A stretch of 64,000 bases of DNA from an uncultured SAR86 cluster bacterium (GTDB lineage Bacteria; Pseudomonadota; Gammaproteobacteria; Magnimaribacterales; D2472). The stretch lies in assembly GCA_902516285.1 (NCBI GenBank), contig CABXXT010000006.1:9780-73779 (forward strand). The letters run 5' to 3'. Below, in pieces: positions 33,195 through 42,714 of this stretch. The first letter of the stretch is position 1. The number at the start of each line of letters is the position of its first letter. Under the pieces are notes generated by a model. It had not been told where the DNA came from, did not search any database, and saw only the letters and a program-made list of their open reading frames with translations. The translations under genes and the position numbers were made by a program.

Positions 33195-33303
33195 TTTTTT
33201 TCTTTCTAGTATATTTTGTTTTATCTCTGTGAGTTTTAGGCTTATGGAATTTGTCCATATTTTTTTTTACAGGATTTTTTTTGCTTATTTTTCTCAACTT
33301 CAA
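33178..33303 (-). CDS. Unannotated 41-aa basic small protein, ArfA-like
   Basis: Hand-translated from TTG: MKLRKISKKNPVKKNMDKFHKPKTHRDKTKYTRKKKIKDVD*; fills the dapE-POT gap, starts 8 nt after the POT stop and overlaps the dapE 3' end by 17 nt. Confidence 0.7.
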   Translation of the reverse strand: MKLRKISKKNPVKKNMDKFHKPKTHRDKTKYTRKKKIKDVD

Positions 33304-33311
33304 AATCTATT

Positions 33312-34796
33312 TTATCTAGGTATGGCCTCTGTTTCTTTTTTACTTTTTAATAAGAATGAAAGGCCAACTAAAATAATTCCGATAACTAGATAGTATTGAA
33401 TCATAAAAGTGAATATCGGCTGAACGGAGTCCAAGCCATCAGAAGTTGCATCGCCTCCAAGCAATCCAGCTAAAACTCCGCCTATTGCAGAAGCTAAAAA
33501 CCATAATCCGAACATCTGGCCGATATATCTTTTTGGAGAATATTTTGAAAATGCTGAAAGTCCAATTGGTGACAAGGCAAGCTCACCCCAAGTTTGGAGT
33601 AAGTATGTGATTAAAAGCCATTGCATACCTACGGGGGCAGATTCCATAGCCAATCCAACTGCAAAGACCATAACCATAAAACTTATAGCCATAAAAAATA
33701 AACCTATAGCAAACTTTATTGGCAAAGATGGATCCATGTTTCTTCTTGCTAAATTAGCCCATATGCCAGCAAAAATTGGTGCAAAAGTTACAACAAATAT
33801 GGGATTTGCAAACTGCAACCATCCAATTGGTATGATGTAACCTGCAACAGACAAGTCAGTAAAATCTCTTGCAAAAATACTTAATGAACTCGCTGACTGA
33901 TCAAAACCAGACCAAAAAGCAGCAGCTCCTACAAATAGAACAAATAATAATAATAGGTTACGTTTTTCATTAAAATCCAATCCTGCAAAAAAATATAAAT
34001 ATAAAAAGTATATTCCTGCCACTATTGTTAAAAAATATGCAAAATTTTCAGCAAAAGTTCTTGGATCGATAGAAATGATGCCAAATAATCCTAATGCAAT
34101 AACTATGAACATTAAAGCTAGACTATTTTTTGTCCATTTGATTAGCTTATTTCTTTTAATATCCTCCATATCATTGGGCTTTTCACCTGCATCGCCTAAC
34201 AAATGCTTGAACTTTAGATATTGATATACTCCTAATACCATTCCGACCCCTGCAGCACCAAACCCATAATGCCAACCTATTTTTTCACCCAACCAGGCAC
34301 AAATTAAGAATCCAAGAGTTGATCCAATATTTATGGACATATAAAAAATTGTGTAGCCAGAATCTCTTCTTGTATCATCATCAGAATATAACTTCCCAAC
34401 AATTGTTGATATATTTCCTTTGAGCAATCCAGTACCTAAAACTACTAAAATTAAACCAAGAAAAAAAGTTTGCTCAAGAGGTATTGCAAGAGTGAAGTGA
34501 CCTAACGCAATAATTATCGCTCCAATTAATACTGCTTTTTGATGTCCTAAAATATTATCAGCAATCCAACCACCAGGTACGACCATAAAATAAACAAAAC
34601 CAACATAAATACCATATATTGCATTTGCATCTATTGCTGACATTCCCATTCCAGGGTTAAATCCAGTGATGGAGCCAGTCATATATAAAACCAATAAGGC
34701 TCTCATGCCATAGTAAGACATCCTCTCCCACATCTCTGTTAAGAACAATGTTCTTAGACCGATAGGATGCCCAAAGAAACTTTTATCTGTATTCAT
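33312..34796 (-). CDS. Proton-dependent oligopeptide (POT/PTR2) MFS transporter
   Basis: FFGHP, ExxERxSYYG (EMWERMSYYG), GGWIAD, FYMSINIGS, GELALSPIGLS. Confidence 0.93.
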   Translation of the reverse strand: MNTDKSFFGHPIGLRTLFLTEMWERMSYYGMRALLVLYMTGSITGFNPGMGMSAIDANAIYGIYVGFVYFMVVPGGWIADNILGHQKAVLIGAIIIALGHFTLAIPLEQTFFLGLILVVLGTGLLKGNISTIVGKLYSDDDTRRDSGYTIFYMSINIGSTLGFLICAWLGEKIGWHYGFGAAGVGMVLGVYQYLKFKHLLGDAGEKPNDMEDIKRNKLIKWTKNSLALMFIVIALGLFGIISIDPRTFAENFAYFLTIVAGIYFLYLYFFAGLDFNEKRNLLLLFVLFVGAAAFWSGFDQSASSLSIFARDFTDLSVAGYIIPIGWLQFANPIFVVTFAPIFAGIWANLARRNMDPSLPIKFAIGLFFMAISFMVMVFAVGLAMESAPVGMQWLLITYLLQTWGELALSPIGLSAFSKYSPKRYIGQMFGLWFLASAIGGVLAGLLGGDATSDGLDSVQPIFTFMIQYYLVIGIILVGLSFLLKSKKETEAIPR

Positions 34797-34835
34797 AGTA
34801 ATTTATTTTTTTTAATAATCTTGTACTATAGCAAA

Positions 34836-35246
34836 ATGAATAATAAATCATATATCGTATTTCCTTTGAGAAGGATTGCAGCTGCGGTTTATGATATTTT
34901 TTTATTGCTTGGAGTATGGTTCTTAGTAGGTTCAATTGGAGTTTGGATTAATGGGGGTATTATTGAAAATAAATTTATAGGACCAATACTTGTGTTAATT
35001 AGCACATGGGCCTTTTATATATATTTTTGGACTCATGGAGGTAAAACACTAGGAATGGCTGTTTGGAATTTTGAGATATATAGTCTTGATAATAAAAAAA
35101 TCGGTTTTAAAAAAGCATCTATAAGATTTGCCTTCAATTTGATAACTGTTTTACTTTGCGGCCTTCCATTGATACTAATATATTTAACAGAAAAAAGTCT
35201 TTCTTTGAGTGATTACCTTTCAAAAACCTCATATAGAAAGATCTAA
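34836..35246 (+). CDS. RDD family membrane protein
   Basis: RRIAAAVYD, GGKTLGM, SIRFA, LSDYLSKT; convergent with lptG; start placed at ATG 34836. Confidence 0.85.
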   Translation: MNNKSYIVFPLRRIAAAVYDIFLLLGVWFLVGSIGVWINGGIIENKFIGPILVLISTWAFYIYFWTHGGKTLGMAVWNFEIYSLDNKKIGFKKASIRFAFNLITVLLCGLPLILIYLTEKSLSLSDYLSKTSYRKI

Positions 35247-36292
35247 ATATTTTTATAAAGCCTTAAACTTAATATTATTAAGATCATTGAGGGCAATGCT
35301 ATTCCGATAACAACAGGTAGGTTATAGGATATAAATACGCTTGTAGATAAGTCTTGTATTAATCGATAAATAAATGCACCAACTATAGATATTATTATTT
35401 TACCTCCAATAGTTGTTTCCCTTAGAGAAGTAAAGACTAAAGATCCAAAAAATACTATAAGTAAAAAAATTGAAATTGGTAAAAAAAGCTTTTTATAAAA
35501 ATATTTGTCTATATGAGATTTAAAAGTAATATCTTTTTTCAAAGTGCTGTTTGAAAATAATTTTTTATATGAATATAAATCGATGATTCCAAGATTATTA
35601 ATATTATCAAGAGTTATTTTTGATCTGAGCGGTATATCGAAGTTAACATATTCTTTAATCTCAGTGTTATCTAAAAAATTCTTATACACTGCATTATCAA
35701 AAGTAATTTTGTCTCCATCTAAAACAGCTGAATCTGAAATAATTGAATGTGAGAGCTTTTTATCTTTAAATTTCAAAAAACGAACCTTGTATATCTTGTT
35801 GTCTAAAATATCATGGAAGTTTAAGTATGAATCTCCTGATTTTACCCATTTGGATTGAGTATTAGATGTATTATTTCTATTTACAACAAAATTCTTGCTT
35901 GCTTCCGCGTTAAGAAATAGATTTCTAAAGCTTATTTCGTCAAGAAATATTAAAGATAGCGTTAAAAAAATTGCACCCAATGAACTTAATGCAACTATTT
36001 TGAATGGAGAGGAACCAGATGATCTAAGAACATTTAAATTACCCTCTTGATGAGATAAACCTAATGAAATCATTAGACCTAAAAGACATGACCCTTCAAC
36101 AAAGTCGATTAGACGATGAGGCATAGAAAAAAATACGTATTTAAGGATATTTGCAAACTTATATTCATTAGTAATGTTTTCTAATTCTGAGATCAACATA
36201 AAGACTGAGTCTAAAAGCCCAAAAATAATTAAGATTAAAAACGAAAAATAAAAGGAGCGTTTTATTAAATATCTGTAAAATATCTTTGTCAT
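35243..36292 (-). CDS. lptG: LPS export ABC transporter permease LptG
   Basis: YjgP/Q-type layout of 3 TM, periplasmic domain, 3 TM; LNVLRSSGSSP; follows lptF. Confidence 0.85.
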   Translation of the reverse strand: MTKIFYRYLIKRSFYFSFLILIIFGLLDSVFMLISELENITNEYKFANILKYVFFSMPHRLIDFVEGSCLLGLMISLGLSHQEGNLNVLRSSGSSPFKIVALSSLGAIFLTLSLIFLDEISFRNLFLNAEASKNFVVNRNNTSNTQSKWVKSGDSYLNFHDILDNKIYKVRFLKFKDKKLSHSIISDSAVLDGDKITFDNAVYKNFLDNTEIKEYVNFDIPLRSKITLDNINNLGIIDLYSYKKLFSNSTLKKDITFKSHIDKYFYKKLFLPISIFLLIVFFGSLVFTSLRETTIGGKIIISIVGAFIYRLIQDLSTSVFISYNLPVVIGIALPSMILIILSLRLYKNI

Positions 36293-37449
36293 CTAAAGAT
36301 CCAAAGAGATAGTAATCCAAACAAAAATCCTAAAATAACTTTTGAGAAAATATTGATTTTAAGAATATTTTTTAAATCTAACTCAAAATTGCTCTGTTCT
36401 TTTAATAGCAAGAAAAATCCGAGTATTAAGAAAAATAAATGTACAAACCAAATATAATCTGAAGAAATCAATATATCATCTTTAGATGAATCTCTTGCAA
36501 GGATCAGTAAGCTCAAATATAAAATATAAATAAATATAGATGGCAAAACAACTGATAGCCTTCCCTGTCTAGGCTGAACTTTTGACAAACTTACAGCCAA
36601 CAAAAGAAAAATAAAGATTGTTAAAGGTACAGAAATATTCCATTGCATTTGAGACTTTGATGACTTTACAGAAAAATCAAATAACTTACTAAAAGAAAGG
36701 CCTTTTAGGATTGTCACCTCTTTACCAGCCGGTATTTTTAAATCACCAAATTGAGTAATGACTGATGCATCTCTATTAAAAATATTTTGATAAATAGAAC
36801 CATTTTCAAAATTTAATTCTATTGACGATTCAGTTTCAAAATATTTTAGTCTTGATGCGCGAACTAAAGAAGAATTATTATCACTACCATCAAAGACAAC
36901 CACATTATCAAAAGAGCTCTTTTCTTTATCCTCAATATATATAAAGCTTCCATTATCATCAAAAAATATAAGCTCTTTAGGTTTTATAGAAGCAAGTTTT
37001 TCTTGAATTGTATCAACAGAGATTATTTCTTTTGAAAGCTCTTTTGTATATGGTGCTATATAAATACTAAGTACTAAAGTAATTAAAAAAAATAGAAGTG
37101 ACTGAGGGATTAAATATCTTATTAGATCAATTGGAGATAAGCCACCAGATATATATCCATAAATTTCTCTATCAGAATAAAGTCTGCTGATTGTAATAAC
37201 TAAACCAAGGAAGAAAGATAATGGTATCAATAAAGTAACAAAGTCCGGAAACCTCAAGGCAACTGCTTTATATATGATGTTTGGATCTATAAGTCCTTCA
37301 GCCGATTGTTCAAAATATCCTATCATTCTCGACCCAACAACTAACATAAATAAAATTGCAAGAATGCCTAAAGTCGATTTAAAGACTTCATTGTTTAAGC
37401 TTCTAAAAAGAATATTTCTTTTATACATGCCTTGTGAACTATGATGCAT
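36289..37449 (-). CDS. lptF: LPS export ABC transporter permease LptF
   Basis: LIPLSFFLG, RLYSDREI, LSKVQPRQGR; divergent from pepA; start may be 37428. Confidence 0.9.
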   Translation of the reverse strand: MHHSSQGMYKRNILFRSLNNEVFKSTLGILAILFMLVVGSRMIGYFEQSAEGLIDPNIIYKAVALRFPDFVTLLIPLSFFLGLVITISRLYSDREIYGYISGGLSPIDLIRYLIPQSLLFFLITLVLSIYIAPYTKELSKEIISVDTIQEKLASIKPKELIFFDDNGSFIYIEDKEKSSFDNVVVFDGSDNNSSLVRASRLKYFETESSIELNFENGSIYQNIFNRDASVITQFGDLKIPAGKEVTILKGLSFSKLFDFSVKSSKSQMQWNISVPLTIFIFLLLAVSLSKVQPRQGRLSVVLPSIFIYILYLSLLILARDSSKDDILISSDYIWFVHLFFLILGFFLLLKEQSNFELDLKNILKINIFSKVILGFLFGLLSLWIFR

Positions 37450-37495
37450 TACAATAAATATCTTACCAGCATTGAATTAAAAAGGAGAAAAGAAA

Positions 37496-39043
37496 ATGGT
37501 ATATAAAGTTTTAAATAACATAGCTTTAAAGAATGTTAATAATAATATAATTTCTAACATTGCAACTGATTTGCTAGTAATACCAGTAAATCAGAAAGTC
37601 ACTTCGTCATCCGAATTTAAAGAATTAGATAAGAAATCAAAGGGATACCTATTAAAATCATCAAAGGATGCACTTAATCCAGGTAATCAAAATCATCTAG
37701 TGTCTTCATTAGAAGGAATCAAAGCCAAAAAAATACTCCTTATTCAAGATCTTAACGAAAAAGATGATATCTATCTTTGGTTAAATAAATACAAGTACAT
37801 TGCCAAAGTTGCTAATTCAATGAACTGTAAAAGTATGGCGATACTTGATGGTAAGTGTTATCCAAAAGGAAAAGATCAGTCATGGTTTTTAGAAATGATT
37901 TCTAGATCCATTGAGTCGGGGGCATACATTTTCTCTACAACAAAAAATAAGACTGCAAAAACTGAGAAAGTTGGTAAGCAAGTAGTTTCAAGTCAAGTTT
38001 CACTCAAAAATGTATCAATTATTACATCTAAACTTTCCTCAACCGAAATTAAAAAAGCAAAGACTGCAATTCTAAGAGGTTTCTCTGTCGGTGAGGGTAT
38101 TAATACTGCAAAACATCTTGGTGATTTACCTGCCAATCATGCAACACCTAAGTTGATAGATAAAATAGTAAAAAATACAACTAAACAATATTCAGGTCTT
38201 AAGGTTAAAACATTGAATGAAAAAGACTTAGCAAAACTAAAAATGGGTTCTTATCTGAGTGTGTCTAAAGGAAGTGATGAGCCACCAAGAATGATCATTA
38301 TTGAATATAAGGGTGGTAATAAAAGTGAAAAGCCAGTAGCTCTTGTTGGAAAAGGCATTACTTTTGATACTGGAGGAATTTCAATAAAACCCAGCTCAGG
38401 GATGGATGAGATGAAATGGGATATGTGTGGTGCTGGAACTGTGTTTGGAGTGATGTGTTCTCTTGCAAGAATAAAAGCCAATGTTAATGTTGTAGGAATT
38501 ATGGCCTGTGCAGAAAACATGCCTTCAGCAAGAGCAACAAAACCGGGAGATGTTGTTACATCTATGTCAGGCCAAACCATTGAAGTTCTAAACACTGATG
38601 CAGAAGGTAGATTAGTTCTCGCAGATGCTCTTACCTATGTTGGGAGGTACAATCCCTCCTATGTTATAGATATGGCTACATTAACAGGTGCTGTTGTTAT
38701 TGCTCTAGGTAGCCATGCAAGTGGTGTAATGGCTAATGATCAATTTCTAGCAGATAAAATCATTGAGTCTGGAGAAGAAACCGGTGATAGAGCTTGGCAA
38801 TTACCACTTTGGAATGAGTATAAATCATGCACAAAAACTAATTTTGCTGATCTTGCAAATATTGGTGGAGGAAGAGAGGCTGGAACTATTCATGCTGCTG
38901 CGTTTCTATCTAAATTTGCTGAAGACTATAAATGGGCGCATATGGATATTGCTGCTTCAGCATGGTCAAGCTCTCCAAAAGGTGGAACGGGAAGACCAGT
39001 TTCTTTAATATGTGATTTAATTTTAAATAAGAAACTAAAATAG
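37496..39043 (+). CDS. pepA: Cytosol leucyl aminopeptidase (M17)
   Basis: VGKGITFDTGG, MKWDM, NTDAEGRL, ATLTGA; SD AAGGAG. Confidence 0.96.
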   Translation: MVYKVLNNIALKNVNNNIISNIATDLLVIPVNQKVTSSSEFKELDKKSKGYLLKSSKDALNPGNQNHLVSSLEGIKAKKILLIQDLNEKDDIYLWLNKYKYIAKVANSMNCKSMAILDGKCYPKGKDQSWFLEMISRSIESGAYIFSTTKNKTAKTEKVGKQVVSSQVSLKNVSIITSKLSSTEIKKAKTAILRGFSVGEGINTAKHLGDLPANHATPKLIDKIVKNTTKQYSGLKVKTLNEKDLAKLKMGSYLSVSKGSDEPPRMIIIEYKGGNKSEKPVALVGKGITFDTGGISIKPSSGMDEMKWDMCGAGTVFGVMCSLARIKANVNVVGIMACAENMPSARATKPGDVVTSMSGQTIEVLNTDAEGRLVLADALTYVGRYNPSYVIDMATLTGAVVIALGSHASGVMANDQFLADKIIESGEETGDRAWQLPLWNEYKSCTKTNFADLANIGGGREAGTIHAAAFLSKFAEDYKWAHMDIAASAWSSSPKGGTGRPVSLICDLILNKKLK

Positions 39044-39054
39044 ACAAATTAGCG

Positions 39055-41274
39055 ATGGATAAGAGGTACAACCCTATTGATGTTGAAGAGAAATGGGTTG
39101 ATATTTGGTCAAAGAAAGTTTTCCTTAATAAAGATGGGAATGATTCTTTCTCTTTGGTAATTCCTCCACCAAATGTAACAGGAACACTGCATATGGGGCA
39201 TAGCTTTCAATATGCGATTATGGATTTTTATACTAGATATAATCATATGTCTGGCAAGAGGGTGCATTGGCAGGTTGGAACAGATCATGCAGGGATAGCT
39301 ACTCAACTAGTTGTTGAAAATAATTTATCAAAAAAAGGTACTAATAAAAAAGAAATTGGTAGAGAAGATTTTCTCGATGAAGTATGGAAATGGAAGGATT
39401 TCTCAGAGGATAAAATACAAACACAAATAAAAAGATTGGGGTCATCAGTTGATTGGAGTAAATATAGATTTACTCTTGATGATGGTTTTTCAAAAGCAGT
39501 AAATAAGGCGTTTATTGAGCTGTATCGACAAAATAAAATTTATAGAGGATATAGATTGGTCAATTGGGATCCGTCTTTAAAAACTGCTGTTTCTGATCTT
39601 GAAGTAGTAAGACAAGAAAAAAAGGGCCTTATTTGGCAAATAAAATATCCCATTGTCGACTCAGATGAATTTGTGACAGTAGCAACAACAAGGCCCGAAA
39701 CTATGTTTGGTGATATGGCAATTGCAGTCAATCCAAAAGATTCAAGATATAAATCATTAGTTGGAAAATATGCTCTACTGCCATTTATAAAAAGAAAAAT
39801 TCCAATTATTGGCGACAATTATGTAGATATGGAATTTGGGACTGGGTGTTTAAAAGTTACTCCTGGTCATGATTTTAATGATTATGAGATTGGGAAAAAA
39901 TATGCCTTGCATGAAAAAAATGAAATAGTTCATACTTCAGATGATCTTAATGATTTTAAACCAATTAATATTTTTAACGATGAGGCTTGGACAAATGAAA
40001 ATGTACCAGAACCCTTTAACAATTTGGATAGATTTAAAGCTAGAAAACTTGTACTAGAAAAACTTTCTGAACTCAAACTTCTCACCAAGGAAAAAGAGTG
40101 TGATCTGAGTATTCCGAGAGGAGAAAGATCTAATATTGTTATTGAACCAAAATTAAGTAATCAATGGTATGTGAAAACTTCAGGTATGGCCGAAAAAGCT
40201 AATGAAGAGGTAAGGAAAGGAAATATTAAGTTTCATCCCAAAAACTGGATTAAAACATATTTTAACTGGATGGATAATATTGAAGATTGGTGTATAAGTA
40301 GGCAAATTTGGTGGGGGCATAGAATCCCAGCTTGGTATGATCAAAATGGAAATATTTATGTTGGTGAAAATGAGGAAGATGTCAGGAATCACTATAAGTT
40401 AAAAGATACAAACCTCATACAGGATGAAGATGTACTTGATACATGGTTTTCTTCGAGCCTGTGGCCATTTGGATCACTAGGTTGGCCTGAAGAAAGTAAA
40501 GATTATAAAGAATTTTTTCCAACTTCTCTTTTAGTGACAGGCTTTGACATAATTTTCTTTTGGGTTGCCAGAATGATGATGATGAGTATAGAGTTTACTG
40601 GAAAAATCCCCTTTAAAGATATATATGTTACAGGTTTAATCCGTGACGAAAATGGTCAAAAAATGTCAAAATCTAAAGGCAACATTATAGATCCAGTTGA
40701 TTTAATTTATGGCATAACAATTGATGATCTAATTAAAAAAAGAACGTCAAACTTGATGCAGGAAGGCCTTGCTGAAAAAATTGAGAGAAAAACTAGAAAA
40801 CAGTTTCCAAATGGTATTGATTCTTATGGCACAGATGCTCTGAGGATGACATTCTTCTCATTAGCAACTCACACTAAAGATATAAGTTTTGAGTTTGGTA
40901 GACTAAAGGGATATAGAAATTTTTGTACTAAGATATGGAATGCTGCAAGATTTATCGATGGCTACCCCAAGGAAAGAGATGCCTTTGTAAAGGAAAATGA
41001 TAATGATAAATGGATCTATGATGAATTTTCTAAAACAAAAACTCAAATAAATAGGAATATTTCTAATTATAGGTTAGATTTTGCTGTTAATGAAATATAT
41101 GAATTTTTTTGGAGTAAATTTTGTGATGTTTACATTGAAGAGTGTAAAAAATCAGGAAATACTGCAAATTTAAGGCCTCTTCTAAAAGAAATCGTAAATG
41201 TACTTCACCCTTTTGCACCTTTTATTACCGAAGAAATAAGCAGTTTGTTGTTTAATGAAAGAATTATTTTGTAA
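39055..41274 (+). CDS. valS: Valine--tRNA ligase, C-terminally shortened (739 aa)
   Basis: PPPNVTG-LHMGH, DHAGIATQ, VATTRPET, DWCISRQIWWGHRIP, KMSKS; ends shortly after LHPFAPFITEE. Confidence 0.95.
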   Translation: MDKRYNPIDVEEKWVDIWSKKVFLNKDGNDSFSLVIPPPNVTGTLHMGHSFQYAIMDFYTRYNHMSGKRVHWQVGTDHAGIATQLVVENNLSKKGTNKKEIGREDFLDEVWKWKDFSEDKIQTQIKRLGSSVDWSKYRFTLDDGFSKAVNKAFIELYRQNKIYRGYRLVNWDPSLKTAVSDLEVVRQEKKGLIWQIKYPIVDSDEFVTVATTRPETMFGDMAIAVNPKDSRYKSLVGKYALLPFIKRKIPIIGDNYVDMEFGTGCLKVTPGHDFNDYEIGKKYALHEKNEIVHTSDDLNDFKPINIFNDEAWTNENVPEPFNNLDRFKARKLVLEKLSELKLLTKEKECDLSIPRGERSNIVIEPKLSNQWYVKTSGMAEKANEEVRKGNIKFHPKNWIKTYFNWMDNIEDWCISRQIWWGHRIPAWYDQNGNIYVGENEEDVRNHYKLKDTNLIQDEDVLDTWFSSSLWPFGSLGWPEESKDYKEFFPTSLLVTGFDIIFFWVARMMMMSIEFTGKIPFKDIYVTGLIRDENGQKMSKSKGNIIDPVDLIYGITIDDLIKKRTSNLMQEGLAEKIERKTRKQFPNGIDSYGTDALRMTFFSLATHTKDISFEFGRLKGYRNFCTKIWNAARFIDGYPKERDAFVKENDNDKWIYDEFSKTKTQINRNISNYRLDFAVNEIYEFFWSKFCDVYIEECKKSGNTANLRPLLKEIVNVLHPFAPFITEEISSLLFNERIIL

Positions 41275-41275
41275 T

Positions 41276-41725
41276 TTAGATATACATTTGTATATGATCA
41301 ATATCATCCTCTAAATATACTTCTCCTCTTGATCTAAATCCCAAGTTCACATAAAAACTCTCTAGCCTATGTTGAGCTGAAATAATTATTTCATTTTTTG
41401 GGTACTTTCCTTTTAAAAAATCTATGCCATAAAGAGTTATTAGTTTGCCATAGTCTTTGTTCCTATTTTTTTCGGAAACAACTATTCTACCCATTGATGA
41501 TTCCTTATATTTTACATTTGGAGAAAAAGCTCTCAAGTATGCAACAAGATCATTATTTTCATATCCTAGTAAATGGAATGCATCTTGATCAAAATAATCT
41601 GCATCTAGATATGGACAATTTTGTTCAACAACAAAAACTTGTTGCCTTAGATTTAAAATTGCATATAAATCATCAATTGATAGATCTGAAAATTCTTTAA
41701 ATAAAAGTCTTATATTATCAGTCAC
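41276..41725 (-). CDS. elaA: ElaA-family GNAT N-acetyltransferase
   Basis: LYAILNLRQQVFVVEQNCPYLDAD, ISAQ, YLEDDIDHIQM. Confidence 0.88.
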   Translation of the reverse strand: MTDNIRLLFKEFSDLSIDDLYAILNLRQQVFVVEQNCPYLDADYFDQDAFHLLGYENNDLVAYLRAFSPNVKYKESSMGRIVVSEKNRNKDYGKLITLYGIDFLKGKYPKNEIIISAQHRLESFYVNLGFRSRGEVYLEDDIDHIQMYI

Positions 41726-41793
41726 TATAAATTAGTTTATTTTGTCTATACTTATATAATGTTAAGACATTTTCGCATACATATTAAAATTTT

Positions 41794-42273
41794 ATGAAAA
41801 CTATTTATTCTTTTTCAGTTAAGGATGCAGATCTTAATGAGGTTTCATTGAAAACTTTTAAAAATAAAGTTCTTTTAATTGTTAACGTTGCCAGTTTTTG
41901 TGGGCTCACCTATCAATACAAAGGATTAGAAAATATTTATAAAAAATATGCAAATAAGGGTCTAGAAATTTTAGGTTTTCCTTGTAATCAGTTTGCATTC
42001 CAAGAGCCTGGAACAAATGAGGAAATTAAAGATTTTTGTGAATCAAATTATGGAGTTACATTTAAGATTATGAATAAAATAAATGTAAATGGAGCAAATG
42101 CAGATCCTCTTTATAACTTTCTTAAAGAACAAAAACCTGGTGTAATTGAAACTCCTCAAATAAAGTGGAATTTTACAAAATTTTTGATAAGTAGAGATGG
42201 GTTCGTTATTGAGCGCTTTAGTCCTCAAACTGAGATTGAGGAAATTGAGACAAAAATTTTAGATCTTATTTAG
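41794..42273 (+). CDS. Glutathione peroxidase family protein (Cys type)
   Basis: VNVASFCG, LGFPCNQF-QEPG, IKWNFTKFL. Confidence 0.95.
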   Translation: MKTIYSFSVKDADLNEVSLKTFKNKVLLIVNVASFCGLTYQYKGLENIYKKYANKGLEILGFPCNQFAFQEPGTNEEIKDFCESNYGVTFKIMNKINVNGANADPLYNFLKEQKPGVIETPQIKWNFTKFLISRDGFVIERFSPQTEIEEIETKILDLI

Positions 42274-42711
42274 TCATATCTCTAAACTCATCAGAATTGC
42301 ATCATCAGGATTATCACCGGAATAATAATCAACTCTTAATGCATCTTCTATAAATTTGTATTTTTTATAAAAAAATAATGCTTTTTGATTTTTTGATCTT
42401 ACCTCAAGAAAAATTTTTTTTGCTCCTAAGACTTTACACTGTTTTATTAGTGATTCTAATAACAAACTTCCTGCCCCTTTATTTTGCCAATCTTTAATGA
42501 TTCCAATATTAAGCAAATGAGCTTCTCTTTTAATAATAGAAAAAATAATAAACCCAATAAGTTGGGAATCAGCCTTACATACTAGTGAGTGATGTCCGAT
42601 TTCAAATGATGAATAAAAGTTTTCTTTTGACCATGGAGTTGGGTTAACCTGTTTCTCAATTTTGTATGCCTCATCTAAATCAGATTGATCCATTAATGAT
42701 ATCTTTAGCAT
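42274..42711 (-). CDS. rimI: Ribosomal-protein-alanine N-acetyltransferase RimI
   Basis: PWS, EAHLLNIGI, FLEVRSKN, R-DYY, DAILM. Confidence 0.92.
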   Translation of the reverse strand: MLKISLMDQSDLDEAYKIEKQVNPTPWSKENFYSSFEIGHHSLVCKADSQLIGFIIFSIIKREAHLLNIGIIKDWQNKGAGSLLLESLIKQCKVLGAKKIFLEVRSKNQKALFFYKKYKFIEDALRVDYYSGDNPDDAILMSLEI

Positions 42712-42714
42712 TTT

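Noticed and set aside
33109-33393. 94-aa plus-strand Phe-rich ORF in the track
   Set aside because: It is a shadow of the Lys-rich minus-strand ORF (T runs give Phe) and overlaps both dapE and the POT gene
41794-42273. Selenocysteine glutathione peroxidase
   Set aside because: The active-site codon is TGT (Cys)
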